DNA from: a bacterium (Candidatus Gribaldobacteria) CG10_big_fil_rev_8_21_14_0_10_37_21
Lineage (GTDB): Bacteria; Patescibacteriota; Minisyncoccia; Minisyncoccales; CG1-02-41-26
Length of the DNA: 39,300 bases
Direction of reading: 5' to 3'
NCBI GenBank assembly: GCA_002773495.1
Contig: PFAX01000037.1
Location: 1-39,300 of the forward strand
The translations under genes were made by a program, and so were the position numbers. The notes under the pieces are model-generated. The model was given only the letters and a program-made list of their open reading frames with translations, made no database searches and had not been told where the DNA came from. How positions within the stretch are numbered: position 1 is the first letter of the stretch; every line of letters starts with the position of its first letter. Below are positions 9,208 to 17,901 of this stretch, piece after piece.

Positions 9208-9717
9208 CTCTTTGCTTGATTTGATAACTATTTTTCGATTAGGGCTTTCACCAATACTTTCTGTTGTAACATCACTTCTGTTTTCTAAGGCCAAGTGAAT
9301 AACCCTTCTATCAAAAGAAGACATTTCAGGTAAAACACATTCTTTTTTTTCTAAAGCAACTTTGTCAGCTGACTCATTGGCTAAGCCCTTTAAATATCTT
9401 TCTTTGTTGGCTCGGTATTGGTTAACATCAAGCCGTAAAAATATGTTCAAGCCCACTTTTTTCTTAAAAATCCTTTTTAAGAGACATTGTAAATCAGCTA
9501 AGGTTTGGCCCTGCTTGCCAATAAGCGCCTGGGCTTCTTGGGAATCTATTCTTAAATCAACCTGCCAACCAGTGTTGTCTGAAAGATCACCTAAAATATC
9601 TTTTTCTTCTTGCTCTTGAACTTCATTTAAAGCAACATCAAATACTGCAGAAAAACCGGCTTTTTTAAAAAACTCTTCAGTAATTTTTTGAATTTGTTTT
9701 TGAATCTTTGTTTTCAT
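9205..9717 (-). CDS. jag: Jag/KhpB-type RNA-binding protein (Jag_N, KH and R3H domains)
   Basis: R3H motif SFDRRVIHLALENRSDVTTESIGESPNRKIVIK. Conserved position after yidC, with a 4-nt overlap with yidC. Confidence 0.85.
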   Translation of the reverse strand: MKTKIQKQIQKITEEFFKKAGFSAVFDVALNEVQEQEEKDILGDLSDNTGWQVDLRIDSQEAQALIGKQGQTLADLQCLLKRIFKKKVGLNIFLRLDVNQYRANKERYLKGLANESADKVALEKKECVLPEMSSFDRRVIHLALENRSDVTTESIGESPNRKIVIKSSKE

Positions 9718-10448
9718 ATTTTTTGCTTGATTTTTTTAAAATTCCTTTCCATGATAAAATGCTCCCCTAAAGAAAATAAAACACTGAAAAACCAATACAC
9801 CCCGACAACAATCCCTGTTTTATAAATAATAAAAAAGGTTATTAAAGGAAAGATAAAAAGGGCTTGTTTTTGCATCATGGAACCAAAATCTAAATTAGAA
9901 CCGCTTTTCTGCTTAGGGGCTCCTTTGAAGCTAATTTTTGATTGCCAAAATTGAGCCAAGGCGGCTAAAATCGCCAGAGTTAAAATAAATGCCTTGCTGT
10001 TTGCTGAAAAAACCCAAAAGACCTGCTGGGGGATTGCTCCGGGATTGGGCACAAAAGAATAAAGAAACTTATCTATATTTTCAATTGTTAACCCTGAGGT
10101 AAAAACCCGATATAAAGCAATGACAATTGGTAATTGGATTAGAAGGGGCAAACAACCAGAGGTCGGGCTGATTTCTTCTTTTTTATAAAGCTCTAAGAGG
10201 GCAACATTTTGTTCAGTTAAATTACCTTTATGTTTTTGCTTAATTTCAGCTATTTGCGGGTTTATCTTTTGCATTTGCTTCTGCGACCTCAAGGCCTTCA
10301 AGGAAAGCGGGAAAAGCGCCACTTTAACTATTAAAGTCAAAAAAACGATGGCTAACCCTAAGTCCCCAACAATTGAATATAATAAAACAAGCCCATTTAA
10401 AAAAGGAGCGAATAAAAAAGTATAAAATGCTTGAAAAAGAAAATTCAT
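9714..10448 (-). CDS. yidC: Membrane protein insertase YidC (short form)
   Basis: 244 aa and multi-TM. Motifs KALRSQKQMQKINPQIAEIKQKHKG and GCLPLLIQLPIVIALY. Sits in the rnpA-yidD-yidC-jag synteny. Confidence 0.9.
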   Translation of the reverse strand: MNFLFQAFYTFLFAPFLNGLVLLYSIVGDLGLAIVFLTLIVKVALFPLSLKALRSQKQMQKINPQIAEIKQKHKGNLTEQNVALLELYKKEEISPTSGCLPLLIQLPIVIALYRVFTSGLTIENIDKFLYSFVPNPGAIPQQVFWVFSANSKAFILTLAILAALAQFWQSKISFKGAPKQKSGSNLDFGSMMQKQALFIFPLITFFIIYKTGIVVGVYWFFSVLFSLGEHFIMERNFKKIKQKI

Positions 10449-10452
10449 AAAT

Positions 10453-10512
10453 TAGTAAGTAGTATGTAGTCCTGCCTGCCGAGGCAGAGTAGGCAAGTTG
10501 GTAGTAAGTAGA
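10453..10512 (+). repeat. GC-rich palindromic element, copy 2, filling the whole yidD-yidC intergenic gap
   Basis: TAGTAAGTAGTATGTAG-TCCTGCCTGCCGAGGCAGAGTAGGCAAG-TTGGTAGTAAGTAGAG. Same flanks (AGTAG ... TTGGTAGnnnGTAG) and same core arm as copies 1 and 3, but with a 9-nt internal expansion. Confidence 0.75.
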
Positions 10513-10513
10513 G

Positions 10514-10747
10514 CTAAAACAGGTAAAAGTAGGGGAGGTCAACGCCACCCTTGCTTAAAGGCGAACAATGTAATACCCTCCAAAAGGACTTTACTAACCC
10601 TTTAAGGGCACCATATTTTTTGACAGCCAAAATGGCGTAGTTAGAACAGGTGGGCTCAAAACGACAATGCCCCTTTAATAAAAAGGGGGGGACGATCTTC
10701 TGGTATGTCCTGACTAACCCAATAACTAATTTTTGCAAAGAATTCAT
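10514..10747 (-). CDS. yidD: Membrane protein insertion efficiency factor YidD
   Basis: CRFEPTCSNYA...HCSPLSKGGVDLP signature; 77 aa. Confidence 0.9.
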   Translation of the reverse strand: MNSLQKLVIGLVRTYQKIVPPFLLKGHCRFEPTCSNYAILAVKKYGALKGLVKSFWRVLHCSPLSKGGVDLPYFYLF

Positions 10748-10750
10748 TGT

Positions 10751-11107
10751 TTATTTCCCCTTTAAAAGACCTGCTTTTTTAAGGGTGCTTTCTGTTTGTT
10801 TTTTAAGCCAATCAAAAGGTTTTTCTAAAAACTCTTTTTTAAAGAAAAAAACAAGCCAAACCTCAGAGCTTATCTCCGGAAAAAGGTCTTTCAAGATATG
10901 TCGCATCCTTCTTTTGGCTTTATTCCTTTGGATGGCCTTTGGGAAAACCTTTTTTGAGCAAAGAAAAGCTACTTTCGGCAAGCCCGGCGATTCTGATTGA
11001 TTAGGCAAGAACTTAAAAGAAAAAACTTCACTGTAAACACTTTTCCCTTTTTTTAGAACCAATTCAATCTCTTTTTTCTTTTTAAGGACTTGCACTCTTT
11101 TTAACAT
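10751..11107 (-). CDS. rnpA: RNase P protein component
   Basis: 118 aa and basic. Lies between rpmH and yidD. Contains the AIQRNKAKRRMRHIL motif. Confidence 0.85.
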   Translation of the reverse strand: MLKRVQVLKKKKEIELVLKKGKSVYSEVFSFKFLPNQSESPGLPKVAFLCSKKVFPKAIQRNKAKRRMRHILKDLFPEISSEVWLVFFFKKEFLEKPFDWLKKQTESTLKKAGLLKGK

Positions 11108-11111
11108 TTGA

Positions 11112-11246
11112 TTAAACGGTTAACTTTTTTCTGCCCTTTGCCCTTCTTTTAACTATCACTCTCTTGCCTGCTTTTGTTCTGGCTCTCTTTAAAAAGCCAT
11201 GGGTTCTAGCTCTTTTCTTTTTTTTGGGTTGATATGTTGTACTCAT
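11112..11246 (-). CDS. rpmH: 50S ribosomal protein L34
   Basis: [44 protein letters not shown]. The track ORF (to 11300) carries an 18-codon upstream extension that is not L34-like, so I call the ATG at 11244-11246. Confidence 0.9.
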   Translation of the reverse strand: MSTTYQPKKKKRARTHGFLKRARTKAGKRVIVKRRAKGRKKLTV

Positions 11247-11321
11247 AAATTTGATTAATTTAGTATAACTTAATATAGCAGATATTACAAAATAAGCCAA
11301 TAGGTCTTATAGGTCTATGAG

Positions 11322-11350
11322 TTTTACACAAAATACACAAGTTTTACACA
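11322..11350. promoter_or_regulatory. Two identical DnaA-box-like 9-mers TTTTACACA (they fit the relaxed consensus TTWTNCACA), with a third degenerate AAATACACA between them
   Basis: gTTTTACACAaAATACACAagTTTTACACA in the rpmH-dnaA intergenic region. An adjacent direct repeat TAGGTCT occurs twice (11301-11316). Confidence 0.45.
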
Positions 11351-11393
11351 TATTCTTAACATAAAATATTTTTCAGTTGATTTTATTGGCAGT

Positions 11394-11422
11394 TTGCATT
11401 ATGCTTATAAAAGGTAGATAAT
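11394..11422 (+). promoter_or_regulatory. Candidate dnaA promoter: TTGCAT, 17-nt spacer, GATAAT
   Basis: -35 at 11394-11399 and -10 at 11417-11422, about 40 nt upstream of the dnaA ATG. Confidence 0.45.
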
Positions 11423-11462
11423 AGGCACAAGAGAATACTTAACCATCTTAATTCAATTAATT

Positions 11463-12830
11463 ATGCAAAACGAAGAGCTTTGGCAATCAGTTTTAGGGCA
11501 GGTCCAGTTTGCCGTTTCAAAGGCAAATTTTGCGACTTGGTTTAGAAACACCAAAATTGTTTCCAGTGAAAACGGAGAAGTGGTTATTTCTGTGCCAAAT
11601 GCTTTTTCTAAAGAATGGCTTTCAAATAAATATAACTCTTTAATTTTAAAAATCTTAAGAACAAGTGATAATAATATTCGCTTGATTAATTTCACTGTTG
11701 ATTCCCCGGCCTTACAACAAAAGCAAAACAAACCCCAAAAGATCAAAGAGGATCCCTCTGACCAACTTCAATTTCAAGAATTCAAGGTTAACCAAGAAAC
11801 CAACCTTAATCCTTCTTATCTTTTTGATAATTTTGTTGTTGGCTCTTTTAATGAATTAGCCCACGCAGCTACTTGGGCTACCTCTGAAAGCCCAGGTACC
11901 GTTTATAATCCCCTATTTATTTATGGAGGCGTTGGTTTGGGAAAAACCCACCTTTTACAAGCAGCTGGCAACAGGGCTATCTCCCTTTTCCCTGAAAAAA
12001 AGATAACCTATATCGCTGCTGAAAGATTTATTTCAAAAATAGTTGAAGCAATTCGCAACCAAGAGATAGAATCTCTAAAAAAGAAATTTTCTCAAGTAGA
12101 CATTTTAATTATTGATGATGTTCAGTTCTTCGCTGGTAAAGATAAAACTCAAGAGGAGTTTTTTCATATTTACAATAATTTATACCAAAACGGCAAACAG
12201 ATTATTCTTTCCTCTGACAGGCCCCCTTCAGCCATTCCAGCCATCACAGAAAGGTTACGGTCAAGGTTTGAGGGTGGGATGATAGCTGATATTGGCACTC
12301 CTGACTTCGAAACTAGGTTGGCTATTTTAAAGTCAAAATGTGAACAAAAAAACATTACTTTAGCCAATGATGTTCTTGATTATATCGCTAATAACATCCA
12401 AAAAAACATCAGAGAGTTAGAGGGTTCTTTAAATCGGCTTTTGGTTTACCAAAAAATCAACCAGAAAATGCCTGACATAGAGCAGACAAAAAAACTTTTA
12501 CAGGGGCTCACCTCTTCTCAAAGAAAATCAACTAGCCCAAAAAGAATTTTACAAGTAGTGGCTAATTTCTACGATTTAAAACAAGACGACCTTCTAACTT
12601 TAACTAGGAGAAAAGAAATTGTCAGACCCCGCCAAATTGCTATGTATCTTTTAAGAACAGAATTGAACGAGTCATTCCCTTCTATTGGCAGAAAATTTCA
12701 AGGTAAAGACCACACCACAGCGATGTATGCTTGCACCAAAATATCACAAAGAATAGAAGAAGACAATGCCCTTTCAATAGATGTTAATTTGATTAAGCAA
12801 AGAATTTATAGCGAGCCAGAAAACTCTTGA
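11463..12830 (+). CDS. dnaA: Chromosomal replication initiator DnaA
   Basis: 455 aa. Motifs YGGVGLGKTHLL, LIIDDVQF, RELEGSLNRL and a C-terminal DNA-binding helix region ...GKDHTTAMYA. Confidence 0.95.
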   Translation: MQNEELWQSVLGQVQFAVSKANFATWFRNTKIVSSENGEVVISVPNAFSKEWLSNKYNSLILKILRTSDNNIRLINFTVDSPALQQKQNKPQKIKEDPSDQLQFQEFKVNQETNLNPSYLFDNFVVGSFNELAHAATWATSESPGTVYNPLFIYGGVGLGKTHLLQAAGNRAISLFPEKKITYIAAERFISKIVEAIRNQEIESLKKKFSQVDILIIDDVQFFAGKDKTQEEFFHIYNNLYQNGKQIILSSDRPPSAIPAITERLRSRFEGGMIADIGTPDFETRLAILKSKCEQKNITLANDVLDYIANNIQKNIRELEGSLNRLLVYQKINQKMPDIEQTKKLLQGLTSSQRKSTSPKRILQVVANFYDLKQDDLLTLTRRKEIVRPRQIAMYLLRTELNESFPSIGRKFQGKDHTTAMYACTKISQRIEEDNALSIDVNLIKQRIYSEPENS

Positions 12831-13054
12831 AAACCTGTTGATAAACAATAAGTAAAAAGAGGAGAACAAATTAAATGCTTTTAAAAAAGAAAATTTGTCC
12901 AGTTTTATCCCCAACAAATTAAGGTTTCTTTTTTAAAAGCATTACCAAATAGCCCAGTAAAATCAAAAAAAAACGAACTAATCCACTTTTACCCATGACT
13001 AATAACAATAATAAGTTTTAAATTTTAAAAAAATAATTATTATAATTAAACCCT
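12831..13054. other. Candidate oriC segment with a DNA-unwinding element
   Basis: The dnaA-dnaN intergenic region holds near-consensus DnaA boxes: TTATCAACA (revcomp, 12836-12844), TTATCCCCA (12905-12913) and TAATCCACT (12979-12987). An almost pure A/T stretch follows at about 12999-13050. Gene orientation switches at rpmH/dnaA. Confidence 0.45.
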
Positions 13055-14188
13055 ATGAAAACAGAAGTTTTAACAGAAAATTTTAAAAAGGCCTTGTTGT
13101 CTTGTGAAAAAATAGCCAAAAAAAGCTTATCTTTGCCTATTCTTCAAAATCTTTTAATGAAAACAGAAGGCACTTTTTTAGCTTTAACTTCAACTAATTT
13201 AGAAACAAGTTTAGTTTGGAGAGTTTTAGCTAAAACAACAAAACAGGGCGAGGCGCTTTTACCAGCTAATTTTTTAGCAAGCTTAATTTCTCTCTTAAAA
13301 ACGAATAAATTAGAATTTTCTGTTGAGAAAAATAACCTAATTTTAACCTCAGAGGAAGAGGAGTTTCAAATTCAAGGGCAAAACCCAGAAGATTTTCCTA
13401 TAATCCCTAAAATTGATAAAACAGAGTTTTTTAAAATTTCTTCAGCGGAACTAACAAATGCCCTTTGTGCTGTAATAGAATTGCCCTCACAAAGCCAGAT
13501 AAAACCAGAGATTTCAGGGGTTTTATTTAGCTTTAATAAAAAAATTTTAAAAATTGTCGCTACCGATAGTTTCCGCTTAGCTGAAAAGACAATTTCTTTA
13601 ACCGAGGTTTCTTTAAAAAACAAGGAAATTACTAGCTTTATTTTACCTCAAAATTCAGCTCGGGAAATTCTTAATGTTTTTTCAGGAGAGGAGCTTCCGG
13701 TAGTAGTTTATTTTTCTTCAAATTATGTTTTATTTGAAACAAACAGCCCCTCTTCTCAAGAAAAAATAGAGCTTTCTAGCCGCCTAATAGAAGGGCAATA
13801 CCCGAATTATCAAGAAATTATTCCTCAAAAAAGCAGTTTGAAAATTAAGGTTAAAAAAGAAGAGTTTTTAAGTCAAATAAAAAAAGCAGGCCTGTTTTCT
13901 TCTAAGTCGCAAGAAATCAAACTTACCGCTTTGCCCCAGGAGTCAAAAATAAAGATATTCTCCCAAAATGTTGAAACAGGCAGAAATGAATCATATTTAG
14001 GGGGCGATGTAACTGGTAAAGAAATGGAAGTTTCTTTTAATTTTAAGTTTTTAATTGCCGGCATCAATATTCTTAAAAGTTCTGAAGTTATCTTAGACCT
14101 TTTAAGCGAAGATAAAGCCGGTGTTTTAAGGCCGGTTGGAGATACTTCTTTAATTTATATTTTAATGCCTATTAAAAGCAGTTATTAG
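13055..14188 (+). CDS. dnaN: DNA polymerase III beta sliding clamp
   Basis: 377 aa, immediately after dnaA. Motifs ATDSFRLAE, RLIEGQYPNY, and a C-terminal ...YILMPI. Confidence 0.9.
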   Translation: MKTEVLTENFKKALLSCEKIAKKSLSLPILQNLLMKTEGTFLALTSTNLETSLVWRVLAKTTKQGEALLPANFLASLISLLKTNKLEFSVEKNNLILTSEEEEFQIQGQNPEDFPIIPKIDKTEFFKISSAELTNALCAVIELPSQSQIKPEISGVLFSFNKKILKIVATDSFRLAEKTISLTEVSLKNKEITSFILPQNSAREILNVFSGEELPVVVYFSSNYVLFETNSPSSQEKIELSSRLIEGQYPNYQEIIPQKSSLKIKVKKEEFLSQIKKAGLFSSKSQEIKLTALPQESKIKIFSQNVETGRNESYLGGDVTGKEMEVSFNFKFLIAGINILKSSEVILDLLSEDKAGVLRPVGDTSLIYILMPIKSSY

Positions 14189-14208
14189 AAATAATTTTGT
14201 GGCTATCT

Positions 14209-16329
14209 CTAATACCAAGAGAGCCAGTTTTGAACACCAGCTTCCCAATTGGCAAATTGAGAATCCGCTTGAGATGTGCCACTACCAGTAGGGTTGTCCT
14301 TATTAAGATAGTACAAGAGAGAATGGTTGCCTAAAAATGAACCATCTAAAACACTTTTTCCTGTATAAGTTTTTTGCGGGGCTATAAAGGGCTCTGTTTT
14401 TATTTGATCTAATGCCTGAAGTATAAAATTTTTCCAAAGGGGGGCTGCTATGCTCGCTGATGCTCTTGTCATGGAGGTATTGTTGTTGTTCCCGGCCCAA
14501 GTGCCCACAACTAAAGTTGGGGTATAACCAATTGTCCAAGCATCTTTATATTCTTGGGTGGTGCCTGTTTTAACGGCAGCTTGGATGTTGTCGCCTAAAA
14601 ACAAAGGTGAATTCCAGCCAAACATAGGGGCTCTAGCTACATTATCAGAAAGCATATCATTAATTTGGCGAGCTATTTCTTGGGGCATAATTTTTACCCT
14701 TTTTACTTGCATTTTTTCTAAAATACGGCCATCTCCATCTTGGATTTCTTGAATGAAATTAAGAGAGCTTTTAACTCCGTCGTTAGCAAAAACAGAATAA
14801 CCTAAGGTCATTTCAAGCAATTTTACTTCGCCCCCACCTAAAACTAAAGCTAAGCCATAGTTTTCTTCGCCCTTTAAGGTAGAAATTCCAAACTTTTTCA
14901 CCCATTCTAAAGCATTTTTTAGGCCAGCTAAATAAAGAACTTTAACAGCCGGGACATTTCTGGATTGAGCTAAAGCATTTTTTAGAGTTATTTGCCCTAT
15001 AAAAAGCCCATCATAATTATGGGGATGGTAGCAATCTTGGTTATATCTGTCTTTTGATTGTAAGCCGTTGCCTGAACAATTATAATTAAACTCTGTAAAA
15101 GCGTCCCAGAGATAAGTTTGAGGGGTGAAACCTTCAGAGAGAGCTAAACTATAAACAAATGGCTTGAAGGCCGATCCAGGTTGTCGTAAGCTCAAGGTAG
15201 TGTTTACTTGTGGGTCGAAAAGGCAATCCTTGCCAGAAACGCACCCTAAAGGCAATGATTGGGCAAAATAATCCTTTGAACCAACCATAGCTAAAAGTTC
15301 GCCTGTTTTAGGGTTTAAAGCAATTAAAGCCCCGTTGTTGGTATTAGCATATTTTGAGGCCTCAACTCCCTCTTTAATAACTCTTTCAGCTTTTACTTGT
15401 AAAGAATAATCTAAAGTTGTGATAACCTTTAAGCCAGCCCTTTGCAGGTACTCTTTAGTATATTTTGTTTCCAGATAATCCTTAACAAACATTACAAAAT
15501 GGGGCGCCTTAAAAGTATTTTCTTTTTCTTGAAAAACAAGTTTTTCCTTTTTTGCTATCTCACACTCCTCTTTAGTTAAAAAGTCAATTTTAACCATATT
15601 GTCTAAAACAAAATCCTTTCTTTTTAAAAGGTCATCTATGTTTTGACCATAAGGAGACAATCTAGTGGGCGATTGGATTAAAGCGACAAGTGTGGCGGCT
15701 TGGGCTAAAGAAAGCGAAGCGGCTGGCTGATTAAAAAATTGTTGAGAAGCTGTTTCAACCCCATAAAGATTACCCCCAAGCGGGATTAGGTTTAAATACC
15801 ATTCCATAATTTGCTCTTTTGAGTATCTTCTCTCCAATTCTAAAGTTAAAAGCAATTCCCTAGTTTTGCGTTTAAGGGTTCTATTTTGGGTTAAAAAGTA
15901 TGAACGAATGAGCTGTTGAGAGATGGTAGATGCCCCTTGAGTTATTTTTTGGAGTTTTAGGTCATACAGAAGTGCTCTCGCTATGCCCTTAAGGTCAAAG
16001 CCAGAATGAATATAGAAACTTTTGTCTTCAGTCGCTATCAGTGCCTTAGGGAGATAGTCAGGTAAGGCGGAGAGTTTTATAACAGTTCTTTTTTCTTCGC
16101 CAGCTATTTCATATAAAAGCATTTCACCTGTTCTGTCATAGATTTTAGTTGATTGGGGGATAAGACCTTCGTCAAACTTTTCAGGACGAGGTAAATCCTT
16201 AATAAAATACAAAAAAAGCAAAGCGGGCAGAAAAAGAGTTAAAAATAAAAAAATCAAAAATCCTTTTAAGATGCTTTTAAAGATATTTTTTTTCCTGATA
16301 ATAGTTTTATTTTTATTTTGTTTAGACAT
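14209..16329 (-). CDS. Bifunctional class A penicillin-binding protein (glycosyltransferase plus transpeptidase)
   Basis: N-terminal TM segment. GT51 motifs ATEDKSFYIHSGFD and GASTISQQL. Transpeptidase motifs SAFKPF (SxxK), SRN (SxN) and KTGTT. Confidence 0.9.
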   Translation of the reverse strand: MSKQNKNKTIIRKKNIFKSILKGFLIFLFLTLFLPALLFLYFIKDLPRPEKFDEGLIPQSTKIYDRTGEMLLYEIAGEEKRTVIKLSALPDYLPKALIATEDKSFYIHSGFDLKGIARALLYDLKLQKITQGASTISQQLIRSYFLTQNRTLKRKTRELLLTLELERRYSKEQIMEWYLNLIPLGGNLYGVETASQQFFNQPAASLSLAQAATLVALIQSPTRLSPYGQNIDDLLKRKDFVLDNMVKIDFLTKEECEIAKKEKLVFQEKENTFKAPHFVMFVKDYLETKYTKEYLQRAGLKVITTLDYSLQVKAERVIKEGVEASKYANTNNGALIALNPKTGELLAMVGSKDYFAQSLPLGCVSGKDCLFDPQVNTTLSLRQPGSAFKPFVYSLALSEGFTPQTYLWDAFTEFNYNCSGNGLQSKDRYNQDCYHPHNYDGLFIGQITLKNALAQSRNVPAVKVLYLAGLKNALEWVKKFGISTLKGEENYGLALVLGGGEVKLLEMTLGYSVFANDGVKSSLNFIQEIQDGDGRILEKMQVKRVKIMPQEIARQINDMLSDNVARAPMFGWNSPLFLGDNIQAAVKTGTTQEYKDAWTIGYTPTLVVGTWAGNNNNTSMTRASASIAAPLWKNFILQALDQIKTEPFIAPQKTYTGKSVLDGSFLGNHSLLYYLNKDNPTGSGTSQADSQFANWEAGVQNWLSWY

Positions 16330-16370
16330 GAGAAATATTTAAATATACTTAAATTATTGTAGCAGTTAAA

Positions 16371-16416
16371 GCAAATAAAGACAAAACCCCTTCTTTGGGG
16401 TTTTGTCTTTATTTGC
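16371..16416 (-). terminator. Perfect 20-bp stem with a 6-nt loop, abutting the stop codon of the acidic mini-ORF
   Basis: GCAAATAAAGACAAAACCCC-ttcttt-GGGGTTTTGTCTTTATTTGC. On the minus strand it is followed by TTTA. It sits 41 nt upstream of the PBP1A start. Confidence 0.6.
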
Positions 16417-16554
16417 TTAAAAATCTGTTTCATCGTCGTCTTCTTCCTCTTCTTCATCATCGTCGTCTAAATCTTCCTCCTCTTCGTCATCGTCGTCTTC
16501 AAACTCGCTCTCGTCTTCGTATCTTAATTGGGTTAATACTTCTTCTTTAAACAT
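16417..16554 (-). CDS. 45-aa poly-acidic mini-protein or leader peptide (30 of 45 residues are Asp/Glu)
   Basis: MFKEEVLTQLRYEDESEFEDDDDEEEEDLDDDDEEEEEDDDETDF, from ATG 16552-16554 to TAA 16417-16419. It is below the track length cutoff. A consensus promoter lies upstream and a strong hairpin follows directly. No clear SD. Confidence 0.4.
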   Translation of the reverse strand: MFKEEVLTQLRYEDESEFEDDDDEEEEDLDDDDEEEEEDDDETDF

Positions 16555-16633
16555 TTTGATAAAGCGGTTTTAAACCGCAAAATTAAAAGTTTTTATTTGA
16601 CCTTTTTTGGCACTTTGTGCTCTTATACTTCGG

Positions 16634-16661
16634 ATTATACGCGAGCGTTATTTAATGTCAA
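16634..16661 (-). promoter_or_regulatory. Near-consensus sigma70 promoter: TTGACA, 16-nt spacer, TATAAT
   Basis: On the minus strand TTGACA lies at 16656-16661 and TATAAT at 16634-16639. The predicted leader of about 70 nt holds two small hairpins (GCACaaaGTGC and GCGGTTTAAAACCGC). Confidence 0.6.
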
Positions 16662-16689
16662 GAGCAATTTGTAAAAATATGTGGAAAAG

Positions 16690-17154
16690 TTAAGCGAAAG
16701 AAGCGCAAATAGCTAAGGCCAGGGCGTCAGAAGCATCATCTGGTTGAGGTATCTTTTTTAATTTAAGCAAAATTTGGACCATTCTTTGAACTTGTTTTTT
16801 TTCTGCTCTGCCGTACCCGCAAACCCCTGTTTTAACTTGCAAGGGCGTGAATTCTTTTAATTTTATTTTTTTTTCAGCCACCAATAAAAGCAAAACGCCT
16901 CTGGCTTCAGAAACAGGTAGAGCTGTTTTTAAGTTTTTAAAGAAAAAAAGTTTTTCTATAACGATTAACTCTGGCTTATATTGGGCGATTAATTTTTTTG
17001 TTTGGCAATAAATTTCCTTTAATCTGTTGTGAGAAAGTGTTTTTTTTGATGTTTTAATTACTCCGCAAGCGATGAAAGAGTGTCTTTTCTTATCTCCAGA
17101 GATGATTCCCCAGCCAACCTTGGCAGTTCCTGGGTCAAGGCCTAAAATAATCAT
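16690..17154 (-). CDS. ruvC: Holliday junction resolvase RuvC
   Basis: MIILGLDPGTAKVGWGII and a C-terminal DASDALALAIC; 154 aa; 4-nt overlap with yebC. Confidence 0.9.
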   Translation of the reverse strand: MIILGLDPGTAKVGWGIISGDKKRHSFIACGVIKTSKKTLSHNRLKEIYCQTKKLIAQYKPELIVIEKLFFFKNLKTALPVSEARGVLLLLVAEKKIKLKEFTPLQVKTGVCGYGRAEKKQVQRMVQILLKLKKIPQPDDASDALALAICASFA

Positions 17155-17873
17155 AAGTTTGAATAAAGCTCTTGAAAGGTGTCTGTTGCATTGAGGTCTT
17201 CGTTTAATCTTTCTAAGGCCCTTTCGGCTGTTTCTGTTGTTTCAATCTTGTTGTTTGGCACCCAACCCAAAAAGCTTTTTTCAAGTTCATAGCCCTTTTC
17301 AAGAAGGGTTTTTTTCATTGTTTCTAAGTTTTCTGCTTTTGTCTCTGCTTCAAAATAATCCTCATTATCCTCATTGAACCAAGAAAGGTCTTCAGCTCCT
17401 GACTCAATAATGTCTAACTCCTGGACATCCCTTTCTCCTGGTTTGGCTTTACCGATTAAAAAACCATTTTGCTGAAAAGCCCATCTGACAGACCCTTCGT
17501 TAGCTAACTTAAAATTGTGCTTTTGTAAGACCTGTTTAATTTCAGCTAAAGCCCTATTTTTATTGTCAGTAATACCTTCAATAATTATATTAATATTCTC
17601 TGGGCCAATTGCTTCATAAAGAACCACCTCTAATTGCTCTCCCTCAAGTGAGCCAGAGCCCTTTTGAACAGCTCTTTCAATATTGTCCTTGGGCATATTT
17701 GCCTTTTTTGCTTCGTCAATGGCCTGTTTTAAAGCAATATTAAAATCAGGGTTAGTCCCTTCTTTAGCCGCCAAAGAAATTATTTTGGAAAGCTTAGAAA
17801 AGATTTTACCTTTTTTCGCGTCGTTGGCGTCTTTGACTCTTTTAACTGTTTTTGCATGTGAGTGTCCACTCAT
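17151..17873 (-). CDS. yebC: YebC/PmpR-family DNA-binding regulator
   Basis: MSGHSHAKTVKRVKDANDAKKGKIFSKLSKII...; 240 aa; classic yebC-ruvC pairing. Confidence 0.9.
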   Translation of the reverse strand: MSGHSHAKTVKRVKDANDAKKGKIFSKLSKIISLAAKEGTNPDFNIALKQAIDEAKKANMPKDNIERAVQKGSGSLEGEQLEVVLYEAIGPENINIIIEGITDNKNRALAEIKQVLQKHNFKLANEGSVRWAFQQNGFLIGKAKPGERDVQELDIIESGAEDLSWFNEDNEDYFEAETKAENLETMKKTLLEKGYELEKSFLGWVPNNKIETTETAERALERLNEDLNATDTFQELYSNL

Positions 17874-17901
17874 ATATTTAAGTGAGAAAGTGTTTAGGTG
17901 T

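Noticed and set aside
10324-10548. 74-aa minus-strand ORF spanning the yidD-yidC junction
   Set aside because: It is generated by reading through palindromic element copy 2 and overlaps both yidD and yidC in other frames. It is an artefact of the repeat.
11247-11300. 18-codon N-terminal extension of rpmH in the ORF track
   Set aside because: The L34 consensus begins at [12 protein letters not shown]. The extension is hydrophobic and not L34-like, so the internal ATG was chosen.
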